DNA from: Nitrosopumilaceae archaeon
GTDB lineage: Archaea; Thermoproteota; Nitrososphaeria; Nitrososphaerales; Nitrosopumilaceae
Assembly: GCA_035528495.1 (NCBI GenBank)
Contig: DATKYM010000100.1
Coordinates: 72,784-104,783 of the forward strand
DNA length: 32,000 nucleotides
Reading direction: 5' to 3'
Both the position numbers and the translations under genes were made by a program. The notes below the pieces were generated by a model. The model was not told the origin of the DNA, did no database searches, and saw only the letters and a program-made list of their open reading frames with translations. Below, in pieces: positions 18,218 to 27,146 of this stretch (within the stretch, counting starts at the first letter, position 1; every line of letters starts with the position of its first letter).

Positions 18218-18239
18218 AAATCAAAGAAAAATTGACCCG

Positions 18240-21200
18240 TCATATTCGAATTATTCCTTTTTTAGCTAAAAATTCAATTGTCGATAGAAATTCATCATCA
18301 GAGAGTTCATTATTTGACCACCACTTTGCCGTAATTTTTAACCACTCAGGAATACTGATTTCAGATAATGAGTTTACAGTAGATGGGATTTTAATAATCC
18401 CTTTATCAATTAGATCTTCTAAACCAACAACAAACTCTGAATCAGAAATTACATTAGATGACCATCTCTTTGCCTTATCTTTTATCGATTCGGGGACACT
18501 CTGATGTAGTACAATAAAAGAAGTAAAACCCACATCTTCATTATTATGAGATAGTTGAATGTCATAGGTTCCAGTTAACGAACCATCATTAATTGAGATT
18601 ATTCCTTTATAGTCCCCCTTGACAGTCAACGAAGCAGGGAAAGTTTGAGTGACACCGTCTGGTTTGACTAGAATAATAGTTAAAGGAATTCCCACTTTAT
18701 GATTTGATATATTTCCTGATAGTACAATGTTCTCAACCTTACCATTTGTTGGAAGAATTATTTTATTTTGGCTTAACTCGGGCTTGCTGGAATATTGAGG
18801 TGATTTTCCATTACTTGATAGACTAAAAATATTAGATTCTCCAGAATTATCTAGAGCATCATGATATTTTGCATCTAAACTTCCCCCAGCTGAAGAGATT
18901 AATTTTGTACCTGATTTATCACATATTTGCGATGGCATTTTGAAAACTCCTTTAAAAATCCCTGTAGTCGTTCCTGTTTCAACCAAGCTAAAACCTGTGG
19001 AAGATAATCCACCATACTCAACACCATTTATGGTACAACGTTTGTAACGAATATCTTTGATTAAAATTTCTAATAAAATATTTCCATCTTTTCCCACAGT
19101 GTCTACGCTAGTGGAAGTAGGATCGTTAATTACTTGATACGTATCAATGTTGTCGTTTTTTAGATTAAGATCTGGATCATTCAAGGTAAATGTTACAGGT
19201 TGACCAAATCTATATGTCGTCGAATCTAAAGACACTCTACCAGAATTTGTGTTTATATCAGATTTTGCAGAAGTTGTAACTACAACTCCAACCTTCGCTA
19301 TATCAGAATAATTAATTGAAATTCCTTTTTCATCTACTAATCTGTCAGTGACAATGAATTTTACTTCATCACCAATAGTTTTAATGGTTCGAATAAAACT
19401 TGGGTCTAAAATATTCAATTGATTTGTTACTGCAAATTCTAAAGTTCCCACAAATTTAGAGGAGTTATCACTTGTCTCTTCTAATTCAAATCTATAAATT
19501 GAATTATTGACATCATCATTATCAACAAGTCCAAATGAAAAGAAGTCAAAAACTATTGGTTGTTTATTAATTTCATTAGAAATAGTCCCTACACCGTTAT
19601 CATCTTTAGACGAATCAAAATTAATGACAACAAACACTGACCCACTTTTTGAAGATATCGCTTTTACAACTAAATCACTGAGTGGAATAAAACCATTTGA
19701 TGACATTTGTCCGGGACTCACAATTGTAATTGAGGATGATCCTAGACTACCAAAAAAAAGTTCAACTGAGGTATCTGAAAAATCACTTATTCCTAAATCG
19801 TTTGAAAAAGATTGAAGATCAAAATTAAGCCAGTTGGTTCCAAAGGAGTTTGGCACAGAAGAATCAATCAAAATAGATTGTAATTTAGATGCAGGAATTC
19901 CAAGGTTGAGTGAAATCTTCTCAAATTTACCATTTGCAACATTTGAGGTATCGATAACTAATCTATCAGATTTTTTATCGGAGACTAGAGAATTTGAGTG
20001 GATGCCGATAAGGTCATCTGAATTTGTGAAAAATTGAACGTCAAAGGAATTTTCAAGGGTAATTGGACTTCCTATTTGCAATGTTGGGATAATAGCAGTT
20101 TCTCGAAAGACATCCAAGTGATCTCTTGAACCTGAATTAATATTTTGATCATCATCAAATAGTATTACTGAAAATTCAGTTCCTGGACGCAAAGAAGTAG
20201 AGCCATCACCTATGCTAATAACAGGGTCATCGCCTAAAGAAACCCCAGCCGTAGAAGATCCAGTTAACACAGATACTGATTGTTCATTATAATTAATCCT
20301 GCCAGTTTGTCCTCTTGGCGCGTCATTTAAAATTCTAATCGTAGATTGGTCATTATCATCTACATTATCAAAAATTCCAGAGTATGGTCCTTCTTCTACC
20401 AAAGTGACAATTTTGGAATATTTTTTACCAGCCCCATTATCCACAAATGTGTTCGGTTGATCTTGATTCGACTTTAATTCCATTATATTGTTCAAATCAA
20501 TGGACAAGAGTCCATTATCTTCGAATCCCAATCTAGATAAATTTGGTTTCAAGTCTACTAACCCCGTATTACCATTAGCCGAACTTCTTCCAGAACTATC
20601 ATATGCTTGATAGAAAACTGAATTTGGTGAATCAATGTTGAATGTCCAAGAATCCTCATCAGTTGGATCTTGATTTAATTGAATATCCCTAATAGTTACA
20701 AACACTTCAGAATTTTGTGGATAATTTTCTCGGTCAAGTTCTAAGAAAATATTTTGAATGTCATCATATTCAAGATTCACTTGTTGTACACCTCCGCCAG
20801 GATTGTATTGGATGTTCACATCATCAAAAGAGAAGAGTTGGATAAGTGGCCAAGCATTTGGTTCAAGTCCTATCTGTCCTGGAGAAATTAGGGGGTTCGT
20901 GTTTATGGATTTTGCTTTTCGTACCACATTGTTTAGATTTACAGAATTTGCAGGGGTTCCAGTGCAGGAACTAAAAGAAATTTCCCCATTGGTGAAACCA
21001 GTCACACCACTGGAACGTGGAATTGCGACACCATCAGTCTCAGAAAGATCAATTCCTAGAGAACTTGTACCTCTACCACAAAAGACACCAAAGTCTAATC
21101 CTTCCCCTGCAAGACCTACTGTTGAGTCGGCAGTCTTGGCTTTATCCACATTTGCAAAGTAGGCATACCAATTTCCATCACTAGCTTGAACCATTCGGAG

Positions 21201-21428
21201 ATTTTTTCCGTTAATCGTAACATCTGGCTCCCCTTTACCTTCATCTGTATCATTAATATTCGAATTTCGAATTACAACCTCAATTACCATGGAACCTGAA
21301 AAATGATTTTCAAATTTTAAATTCTCAGCAGAGACTGAAAGATTGGGATTACTTCCAGCATCAGCTTGTGAAATTGGCATTATTAATAAAATTGAAAAGG
21401 CAAAAAGGAGTAAAAGTTTTTCACGCAT
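18240..21428 (-). CDS. Large secreted S-layer-like surface protein (1062 aa)
   Basis: Signal peptide (MREKLLLLFAFSILLIMPISQADAG). FENHFSGSMVIEVVIRNSNINDTDEGKGEPDVTINGKNLRMVQASDGNWYAYFANV resembles the N-terminal region of thaumarchaeal S-layer proteins. A C-terminal Ig-like module is followed by two WxSN..SDxEF repeats. Confidence 0.75.
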   Translation of the reverse strand: MREKLLLLFAFSILLIMPISQADAGSNPNLSVSAENLKFENHFSGSMVIEVVIRNSNINDTDEGKGEPDVTINGKNLRMVQASDGNWYAYFANVDKAKTADSTVGLAGEGLDFGVFCGRGTSSLGIDLSETDGVAIPRSSGVTGFTNGEISFSSCTGTPANSVNLNNVVRKAKSINTNPLISPGQIGLEPNAWPLIQLFSFDDVNIQYNPGGGVQQVNLEYDDIQNIFLELDRENYPQNSEVFVTIRDIQLNQDPTDEDSWTFNIDSPNSVFYQAYDSSGRSSANGNTGLVDLKPNLSRLGFEDNGLLSIDLNNIMELKSNQDQPNTFVDNGAGKKYSKIVTLVEEGPYSGIFDNVDDNDQSTIRILNDAPRGQTGRINYNEQSVSVLTGSSTAGVSLGDDPVISIGDGSTSLRPGTEFSVILFDDDQNINSGSRDHLDVFRETAIIPTLQIGSPITLENSFDVQFFTNSDDLIGIHSNSLVSDKKSDRLVIDTSNVANGKFEKISLNLGIPASKLQSILIDSSVPNSFGTNWLNFDLQSFSNDLGISDFSDTSVELFFGSLGSSSITIVSPGQMSSNGFIPLSDLVVKAISSKSGSVFVVINFDSSKDDNGVGTISNEINKQPIVFDFFSFGLVDNDDVNNSIYRFELEETSDNSSKFVGTLEFAVTNQLNILDPSFIRTIKTIGDEVKFIVTDRLVDEKGISINYSDIAKVGVVVTTSAKSDINTNSGRVSLDSTTYRFGQPVTFTLNDPDLNLKNDNIDTYQVINDPTSTSVDTVGKDGNILLEILIKDIRYKRCTINGVEYGGLSSTGFSLVETGTTTGIFKGVFKMPSQICDKSGTKLISSAGGSLDAKYHDALDNSGESNIFSLSSNGKSPQYSSKPELSQNKIILPTNGKVENIVLSGNISNHKVGIPLTIILVKPDGVTQTFPASLTVKGDYKGIISINDGSLTGTYDIQLSHNNEDVGFTSFIVLHQSVPESIKDKAKRWSSNVISDSEFVVGLEDLIDKGIIKIPSTVNSLSEISIPEWLKITAKWWSNNELSDDEFLSTIEFLAKKGIIRI
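18243..18497 (-). repeat. Two tandem protein repeats of the form (I/V)PExxKxxAKxWxxNxxSDxEFxxxxExLxxKGIIxI
   Basis: VPESIKDKAKRWSSNVISDSEFVVGLEDLIDKGIIKI and IPEWLKITAKWWSNNELSDDEFLSTIEFLAKKGIIRI. Confidence 0.85.
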
Positions 21429-21522
21429 GGTATAGGGGACTTTATCATTGTGCCAAATAATCTTGTCGCATAAGTGGTCTATTTAGAATACTTGTAATAG
21501 ATAGGACTGACAAGGGGAATAA

Positions 21523-22881
21523 ATGGAAATGTTTGTCCAAAGGACGAAAGTTCTTAAAATATCTCTTCTGGCAATTTTTTCAGCTTTTTTAGTTGAGCTG
21601 ATTTTTGGACTTTATTCTAATAGTTTGGGTCTGATAACTGATAGCATTCACGCTTTACTTGATAGTTTTGTTACACTAATTTTGCTTTTAGCAGCCAGAC
21701 TGGCAATGAAACCTCCGGATGAAGAACACACGTATGGTCATGGAAAAATTGAATCATTAGGAGGGCTAATTGGAGGAATTGCCATATTCTTAATTGCAAT
21801 ATTTTTCATTTATGAATCTGTTCACAGATTGCAAAGTCCCCCTCCAAGTATTTTTCCCGGAATTTTTGCAATGATTGGTGGGTTATACACCATAGGAATT
21901 GATGTTTTTAGAATAATTCTCTTAAAACGCTCTATTGCAAAAATGGGAGGAACAACCCTCAAAGCAGATTTTTACCACGCCTTTATGGATTTAGGATCTA
22001 CCATAGTTGCAATTGTAGGAATTGTTTTAGTTACTTATGGATTCTATAGTGGTGATTTTATTGCAGCTTTAATTTTAGGGGGGCTTTTAGTTATCCTCAG
22101 TATAAAATTAATTTACAAAACTGCTCAGGAGTTGACGGACATTATTTCACCAGAACTTGTAAAGAAGGTTAGAACAATAATTTCAAACACTGAAGACGTT
22201 ATTGATACTGGGACAATCTTGATGAGAAGATCTGGAGATATAATTTTTGCAGATGTGACGATTTCAATTAGAGGGGACACAAGTTTTGATAAAGCTCATG
22301 AGATTAGTAATAGGGTTGAAAAAAATATTAAAAATGAAATTTTAAATTCTGAAATAACAGTTCATTTTGAACCAACTTGGAAAGATGTACCATTAGATGC
22401 CAAAATTTACGATATTGCAAAAAATGTAGAAGGTGTAAAAGAAGTACATAATGTAATTACCCATAAATCAATGGGGAAAATGTACTCTAATCTTCATGTG
22501 ATGGTGGATAGAGAAATTAATCTAGAACAAGCTCACAAGATTTCAGAAAATGTAGAAGAAAATATTCAAGAAAATATTCCTGAAATTAAGCACATAACAA
22601 TTCATCTAGAGCCGTTTCTTGCCGTTCCTGAAAATTTTAATTTAGAAGATGAAATCACTGAGGAAAAAATCAAAGATATTTTGAAAGATTATTCAGAAAT
22701 TAAAAAAATTGGCCGCATAATTTCTCTTAATTTTGAAAACATACTCAAAATTGATATTGATTGTTCCTTTGAAAAGAATTTGTCAATCGAAAAAGTTCAT
22801 GATTTAACTTCAGAGATAGAGCATGTGATCCGTGCAGAAATTCAAAATGCGGTTATTACAATTCATCCAGAACCAATTTGA
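21523..22881 (+). CDS. Cation diffusion facilitator (CDF) efflux transporter with three C-terminal dimerisation-like domains
   Basis: Membrane domain with TM2 motif TDSIHALLDS (HxxxD) and TM5 motif YHAFMDLGST (HxxxD), plus KPPDEEHTYGHGKIESLGG. Three consecutive ZT_dimer-like domains end in ITVHFEP, ITIHLEP and ITIHPEP. Confidence 0.93.
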   Translation: MEMFVQRTKVLKISLLAIFSAFLVELIFGLYSNSLGLITDSIHALLDSFVTLILLLAARLAMKPPDEEHTYGHGKIESLGGLIGGIAIFLIAIFFIYESVHRLQSPPPSIFPGIFAMIGGLYTIGIDVFRIILLKRSIAKMGGTTLKADFYHAFMDLGSTIVAIVGIVLVTYGFYSGDFIAALILGGLLVILSIKLIYKTAQELTDIISPELVKKVRTIISNTEDVIDTGTILMRRSGDIIFADVTISIRGDTSFDKAHEISNRVEKNIKNEILNSEITVHFEPTWKDVPLDAKIYDIAKNVEGVKEVHNVITHKSMGKMYSNLHVMVDREINLEQAHKISENVEENIQENIPEIKHITIHLEPFLAVPENFNLEDEITEEKIKDILKDYSEIKKIGRIISLNFENILKIDIDCSFEKNLSIEKVHDLTSEIEHVIRAEIQNAVITIHPEPI

Positions 22882-22885
22882 TAGT

Positions 22886-24064
22886 TTAGATCAGCATACT
22901 TGTAAGATACATTATCAGCATTCCAATAGCAATTCCAGATGCCACTGCAGCACTTGAAAGATTCTTGTCTCCTTCAGTTCTAATCCATTTTAGAATAATT
23001 ACAATTACTTGAAAGATTGCGCCCGCTCCAATGGAGATAAAAATAACAGCTGAAAACGGAGAGAATGCAAATCCTCCAACCCAAGCCCCAAAAATTGCAG
23101 GTGTTCCGGCAATGAGGCCCAACCCAATTAATTTTTTTATTACATTTTTCTCGCGTGATAGTGGAGCTGCAATAGCTAGCCCTTCAGTAGTATTATGTAA
23201 AGCAAATCCTACTATTAGAAAAGAGCTAAACGCAATAGAACCAAGCCCTATTGCAGATCCTATTGCAAGTCCTTCTCCAAAATTATGTAAGCCAATTCCA
23301 ATTGCAATCATTAATCCAATGGCGACAGGTTTTGAGATTTTTAACGAATCAGCTTTACTAGTTAATTTTTCAGAAGTGTAATACAAACCAAGAAAGGACA
23401 AAACAATGGTCGTGGCAATCAACAATGCGCCATTAAAACTGTCACTTAGATTTTCAACAGATACATCAAAAGCTTCCTCAATAGAATCGATTCCTAAAAA
23501 AAGTAATAATCCAACTGTGAGTGCAAGAAAAAAATGATATTTGGCCTTACTTAGTTTTTTAATAAACGGTAACCAAAGCAGACCAATAAGCACAGGAATG
23601 ACTCCCACATAGGTTCCAATAATTGCAAAAAATCCGATGAATTCTAAATTTGGCGTTAATGCAGGAGCTGCCGCCTCAATTGCCCTTTCGAATCTAGTTC
23701 CATCTTCAATAGTCAATCCAATAATGTAGGGTTCTGCAGTATTCCATTCAAAAGGAATTCTCACTAGTGCTGTTTCGAATCTTTCCAAAAATCTATCAGG
23801 CTCTATTGCAGCTGGTTGTATTCGATCATTAACATCTGCCATTACCACCTCTACTGGAATTGGTCCTGTGTTTCTAACAGTTACTTGAATTTCTGATTTA
23901 ATAAAATTGATTTTTTCAATTGTTATCTCAGGTAGTGCAACTCCCAAATCTAACAAATAAGACCCAGGTCCAAAAATGAAAACCATCATGGATATTAAAA
24001 GGATAAATGGGATGATTCCCATTAGAATCATTTTACCTTTTGAGGAATTGTTGCTAATTTCCAT
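22886..24064 (-). CDS. ZIP-family metal transporter with N-terminal extracytoplasmic domain
   Basis: HNFGEGLAIGSAIGLGS and HNTTEGLAIAAPL are ZIP signature helices. The N-terminus has one TM segment and about 100 aa of non-membrane sequence. Confidence 0.9.
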   Translation of the reverse strand: MEISNNSSKGKMILMGIIPFILLISMMVFIFGPGSYLLDLGVALPEITIEKINFIKSEIQVTVRNTGPIPVEVVMADVNDRIQPAAIEPDRFLERFETALVRIPFEWNTAEPYIIGLTIEDGTRFERAIEAAAPALTPNLEFIGFFAIIGTYVGVIPVLIGLLWLPFIKKLSKAKYHFFLALTVGLLLFLGIDSIEEAFDVSVENLSDSFNGALLIATTIVLSFLGLYYTSEKLTSKADSLKISKPVAIGLMIAIGIGLHNFGEGLAIGSAIGLGSIAFSSFLIVGFALHNTTEGLAIAAPLSREKNVIKKLIGLGLIAGTPAIFGAWVGGFAFSPFSAVIFISIGAGAIFQVIVIILKWIRTEGDKNLSSAAVASGIAIGMLIMYLTSMLI

Positions 24065-25112
24065 ATTCTATTTCCGTTTGAGATTCTTGTTTAGAGTCAT
24101 CTTTTACAAGAAAGATACCAACCCATCCTTTTTCAGAAAATTCTACTTTGTGAGCATGGAACAAATATTTTCCAGGATAAGTGTACTCAAATTCTAAAAT
24201 CCCACGTTCGGTTTGAGAGAGAGTTATCATGTCAGTGTAAAATGATGGTACTGTATCAGTTCCAGTCGGGTAGTAATGATATAGATTACCATGTAGATGT
24301 AAATTGTTAATCGGATCAAACTCAACCATATTAACTACATAAACTCGAATTAATTCATTTGTGTTTATTTGAATAGGATGATGCTGATAATAAAATGGGA
24401 CAGTGTTGGCAGCATAAAAATTATTTTCTGTGTCAAAATCGGTGTCAAACCCATTTAGGACCATAACCATCTCATCAGCAGGTTCCCTTGCCTCTTTAGG
24501 ATCAACGATGAACACACCATAAAGACCATGAACAATATGTTCCTCAAGAGGCATTACGTGGCAATGATAAGGATGAACTCCAACTGGTCCTGCTACAAAT
24601 TCATATGTAAATCTACCACCACCAGATCCTACAATCTCAAATACACCATCCATTTCAGCAGGATGAATTCCATGGAAATGCATAGTGTGTTCTTTTGATC
24701 CATTATTGATGAAATTAATTCTTACAAGGTCTCCTTCTGTGGCCCGGATGGTTGGGCCCGGAACGGTTCCATTAAAAGTCCAAACATTATAAAAAATACC
24801 AGGCGATATTTCCATGATTTTATCGTCTTCTGCGATTATTGAAAATTCTCTTAAGGTGGTGCCATCTGGTAATTCAGAAACATCGCCATAGTTGAATTCA
24901 CGCAAATATTCCATGGGATCAAATTCCATTGTGGATGCAACATAGATAGGATCGATTATTTCGCCTGTGGTTTTTATTATTCCTCCAGAATGAGTCACAA
25001 ATATTTTTTGTTCAGATGCTGCCTCAGAAATGGTTGGAAAAACAAAAACTATGGAGATTCCAAAAATTGCAAGTAAAATTGAAACCATAATTGATGATCG
25101 GTCAAACTTCAA
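24054..25112 (-). CDS. Secreted multicopper oxidase (nitrite-reductase/two-domain-like)
   Basis: HTMHFHG, HPYHCHVMPLEEHIVHGLYGVF, NNLHLHGNLYHYY and YLFHAHKVEFSEKGWVGIFLV. All four HxH copper motifs are present behind a signal-like N-terminus. TTG start. Confidence 0.92.
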   Translation of the reverse strand: MKFDRSSIMVSILLAIFGISIVFVFPTISEAASEQKIFVTHSGGIIKTTGEIIDPIYVASTMEFDPMEYLREFNYGDVSELPDGTTLREFSIIAEDDKIMEISPGIFYNVWTFNGTVPGPTIRATEGDLVRINFINNGSKEHTMHFHGIHPAEMDGVFEIVGSGGGRFTYEFVAGPVGVHPYHCHVMPLEEHIVHGLYGVFIVDPKEAREPADEMVMVLNGFDTDFDTENNFYAANTVPFYYQHHPIQINTNELIRVYVVNMVEFDPINNLHLHGNLYHYYPTGTDTVPSFYTDMITLSQTERGILEFEYTYPGKYLFHAHKVEFSEKGWVGIFLVKDDSKQESQTEIEYGN

Positions 25113-25255
25113 GTAATTTACATGAAGTAAATTAGAATATTTATAATTTAGCTTAGGCTAAATTTATTGCCTAAATCTAAATTTATTTAATAAGATAAAT
25201 TTTTAATAAATTTCAAAAAATTAGGTTTAAACTGAAGAGTGTTTATCCAAAAAGA

Positions 25256-25759
25256 GTGAAAAAATCAGGTATTCTTTTTGCTGTTGTTGGAGGTCTAATA
25301 GGAATAGGAATGCTTCTATCTGCTTATGGGAATTATGTAATTTTTGAAGATCTAGTCAAAGGTGATGGTGATGTCAAATCAGGACAAAATTTAGTTGTAG
25401 AAATAGAATTAGACCATACTGATACCCAAACAGGAATTTATGCCGTACAGATAATTGATTTTAAAGGGGCTACAATTACTGCAAATATTTTAGATCCATC
25501 TGATATTGTAATAGAATCTCAATCTGTTAATGAAGAAGTATCCGAAGGATTGTTTGAACTTACATCATCAGGAGTATACAAATTATCTATTGAAAATGAA
25601 GGAGAACAAATAAAGATCTTTGGAGTAATTGGACCTGAACCAGACGATTGGAAAAGATCTGTGGGTCTTATTTCCATGTACGTATTGATTATTGGTTTAA
25701 TTGGAATGGTAGGTTTAGCTGTCTATCTTGTAATTAATCGTAAAAAAGATGCTAGTTAA
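25256..25759 (+). CDS. Membrane-anchored hypothetical protein with two TM segments and extracytoplasmic beta-rich domain
   Basis: GTG start, TM near the N-terminus (FAVVGGLIGIGMLLSAYG), middle soluble region, C-terminal TM (ISMYVLIIGLIGMVGLAVYLVI) and KKDAS. Confidence 0.75.
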   Translation: MKKSGILFAVVGGLIGIGMLLSAYGNYVIFEDLVKGDGDVKSGQNLVVEIELDHTDTQTGIYAVQIIDFKGATITANILDPSDIVIESQSVNEEVSEGLFELTSSGVYKLSIENEGEQIKIFGVIGPEPDDWKRSVGLISMYVLIIGLIGMVGLAVYLVINRKKDAS

Positions 25760-26063
25760 GAAAGCTATCCATTTTTTCTAATCCTTCAATGGCTGCACCG
25801 AAATTTTCCTCATATTCTACTACTTTGGCCAATTTGTCAACATCTGCCGAAAATATTGATTCTTCGCCAATCTGATCTTTGATTATAAAACCATAATCTA
25901 TAAGATAAGATAGTCTTTCGTGAACATCTTGTTCAGATATAGATGATTTTTTTGCTAGATAAGAAGAATTTTTTTCCCCGTCTTCTAATTCTGCAATTAT
26001 AGAAGAGGTGATTGGATCGAACATACATTCTATTATTTTTTCTCGATCATAGGAATTGTCCAT
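25752..26063 (-). CDS. Winged-helix/HTH transcriptional regulator (ArsR-like fold)
   Basis: MDNSYDREKIIECMFDPITSSIIAELEDGEKNSSYLAKKSSISEQDVHERLSYLIDYGFIIKDQ has wHTH architecture. It overlaps the preceding gene convergently by 8 nt. Confidence 0.7.
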   Translation of the reverse strand: MDNSYDREKIIECMFDPITSSIIAELEDGEKNSSYLAKKSSISEQDVHERLSYLIDYGFIIKDQIGEESIFSADVDKLAKVVEYEENFGAAIEGLEKMDSFLN

Positions 26064-26192
26064 TTGATTCTTGGGTCAATTGCAAACTAATAATCTTTCT
26101 AAGGCACAGGTAAAATTTCCTTAAAGTAGAATTCAAAATTAAATTAAAAATATTACAAATAACATATTAAGAAAATCATTCTATTCATATTA

Positions 26193-26345
26193 ATGCAAAA
26201 ATTATGTATGAAGGATCCTTCAGGTAAAGGAATTCACTGTTTTTGCATAGATGTGGATGCTAGAATTGGCATAAAGAAATGTTGTAAGTGTAATCAATGG
26301 AATATTCAAGGCACAAATTGGACTAAAAATTCTGATTTTAGGTAA
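26193..26345 (+). CDS. Putative small Cys-rich protein (50 aa, six Cys), not in the supplied ORF track
   Basis: Manual translation: MQKLCMKDPSGKGIHCFCIDVDARIGIKKCCKCNQWNIQGTNWTKNSDFR*. An AT-rich TATA-like stretch lies about 25 nt upstream. Confidence 0.5.
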   Translation: MQKLCMKDPSGKGIHCFCIDVDARIGIKKCCKCNQWNIQGTNWTKNSDFR

Positions 26346-26552
26346 ATAGGTCTGATTTTTGGAGAAATTGAAGGAAATAATTAACAATCCCCCATAGTTA
26401 TCTGTAAGTGAATAGATCTATTATTTTTAGAATGATTTGAAGTCAATCTATAATAAAAGGAAATTTGAAGACACCCAAAAATTTCTGTGCTGCATATCGC
26501 AAATAGGACGAGGGAACACCTAGTATGGTTTTTATCGGGGAAATTTAGAATT

Positions 26553-27137
26553 TTGGAATACTTGAGTGCCCAAGAATATAATCACATTGTTAGAATAGTA
26601 GGAAACGATATTCCAGGAGAAAAGAAGATCACAATAGGATTAACTCAAATTAAGGGAATAGGATATAATTTTGCCACCGCCATTTTAGATACCCTAAAAA
26701 TTAACCCAGATTCTAATGTCGGATTTTTGACAGAATCCGATGTTCAAGCAATTGAGAAATTAATTACCGATCCTGCTTCGTCAAACTTTCCCATATGGTT
26801 TCTAAATAGAAGAAAGGATGTTGAAACCGGAAAGGATATTCATATTTTAACTTCAGACATTGATTTTACTCTTAGAAATGATATTGAAAGAGAGAGAATT
26901 ACTAGCAGTTGGAGAGGATATCGTCACATGTATGGACTAAAAGTAAGAGGGCAAAGAACTAGATGTACAGGTAGAAAAGGAGGAGCTGTTGGTGTTGCCA
27001 AAGGAGGAAAAGCAGCTCCAGTAAAATCATCTGGTACAGAAGCTATAGCAGCACCAACAGGTGAAGCAGCAGCTGCACCAACAGGTAAAGCAGCAGCTGC
27101 ACCAGCAAAGAAAGTTGAAACGGGGAAGAAAGCATAG
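26553..27137 (+). CDS. rps13: 30S ribosomal protein S13 (uS13) with Ala/Pro-rich C-terminal tail
   Basis: [38 protein letters not shown]...[26 protein letters not shown]. The ORF track begins at GTG 26487, but S13 homology starts near LSAQEYN, so TTG 26553 or 26562 is a more likely start. Confidence 0.92.
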   Translation: MEYLSAQEYNHIVRIVGNDIPGEKKITIGLTQIKGIGYNFATAILDTLKINPDSNVGFLTESDVQAIEKLITDPASSNFPIWFLNRRKDVETGKDIHILTSDIDFTLRNDIERERITSSWRGYRHMYGLKVRGQRTRCTGRKGGAVGVAKGGKAAPVKSSGTEAIAAPTGEAAAAPTGKAAAAPAKKVETGKKA

Positions 27138-27146
27138 GTGAAATAA

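Noticed and set aside
20758-21162. 134-aa plus-strand ORF
   Set aside because: It is fully antisense to the N-terminal coding region of the S-layer-like gene. The composition is Ser/Pro/Phe-rich, as expected from a reverse translation, and no domain is recognisable.
23031-23381. 116-aa plus-strand ORF
   Set aside because: Antisense to the ZIP transporter membrane domain. The Pro/Asn-rich product is typical of antisense to hydrophobic codons.
24054-25112. Calling the multicopper oxidase a nitrite reductase (NirK)
   Set aside because: HxH copper motifs are clear, but sequence reading alone does not separate NirK from other two-domain-type MCOs in AOA, and the ZIP neighbour argues for caution.
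26064-26486. Possible tRNA or structured ncRNA in the largest intergenic gap
   Set aside because: No tRNA-like cloverleaf or T-loop GTTCRANNC sequence was seen by eye. The region is AT-rich and part of it is better explained by the Cys-rich ORF. A tRNAscan or Infernal run would settle this.
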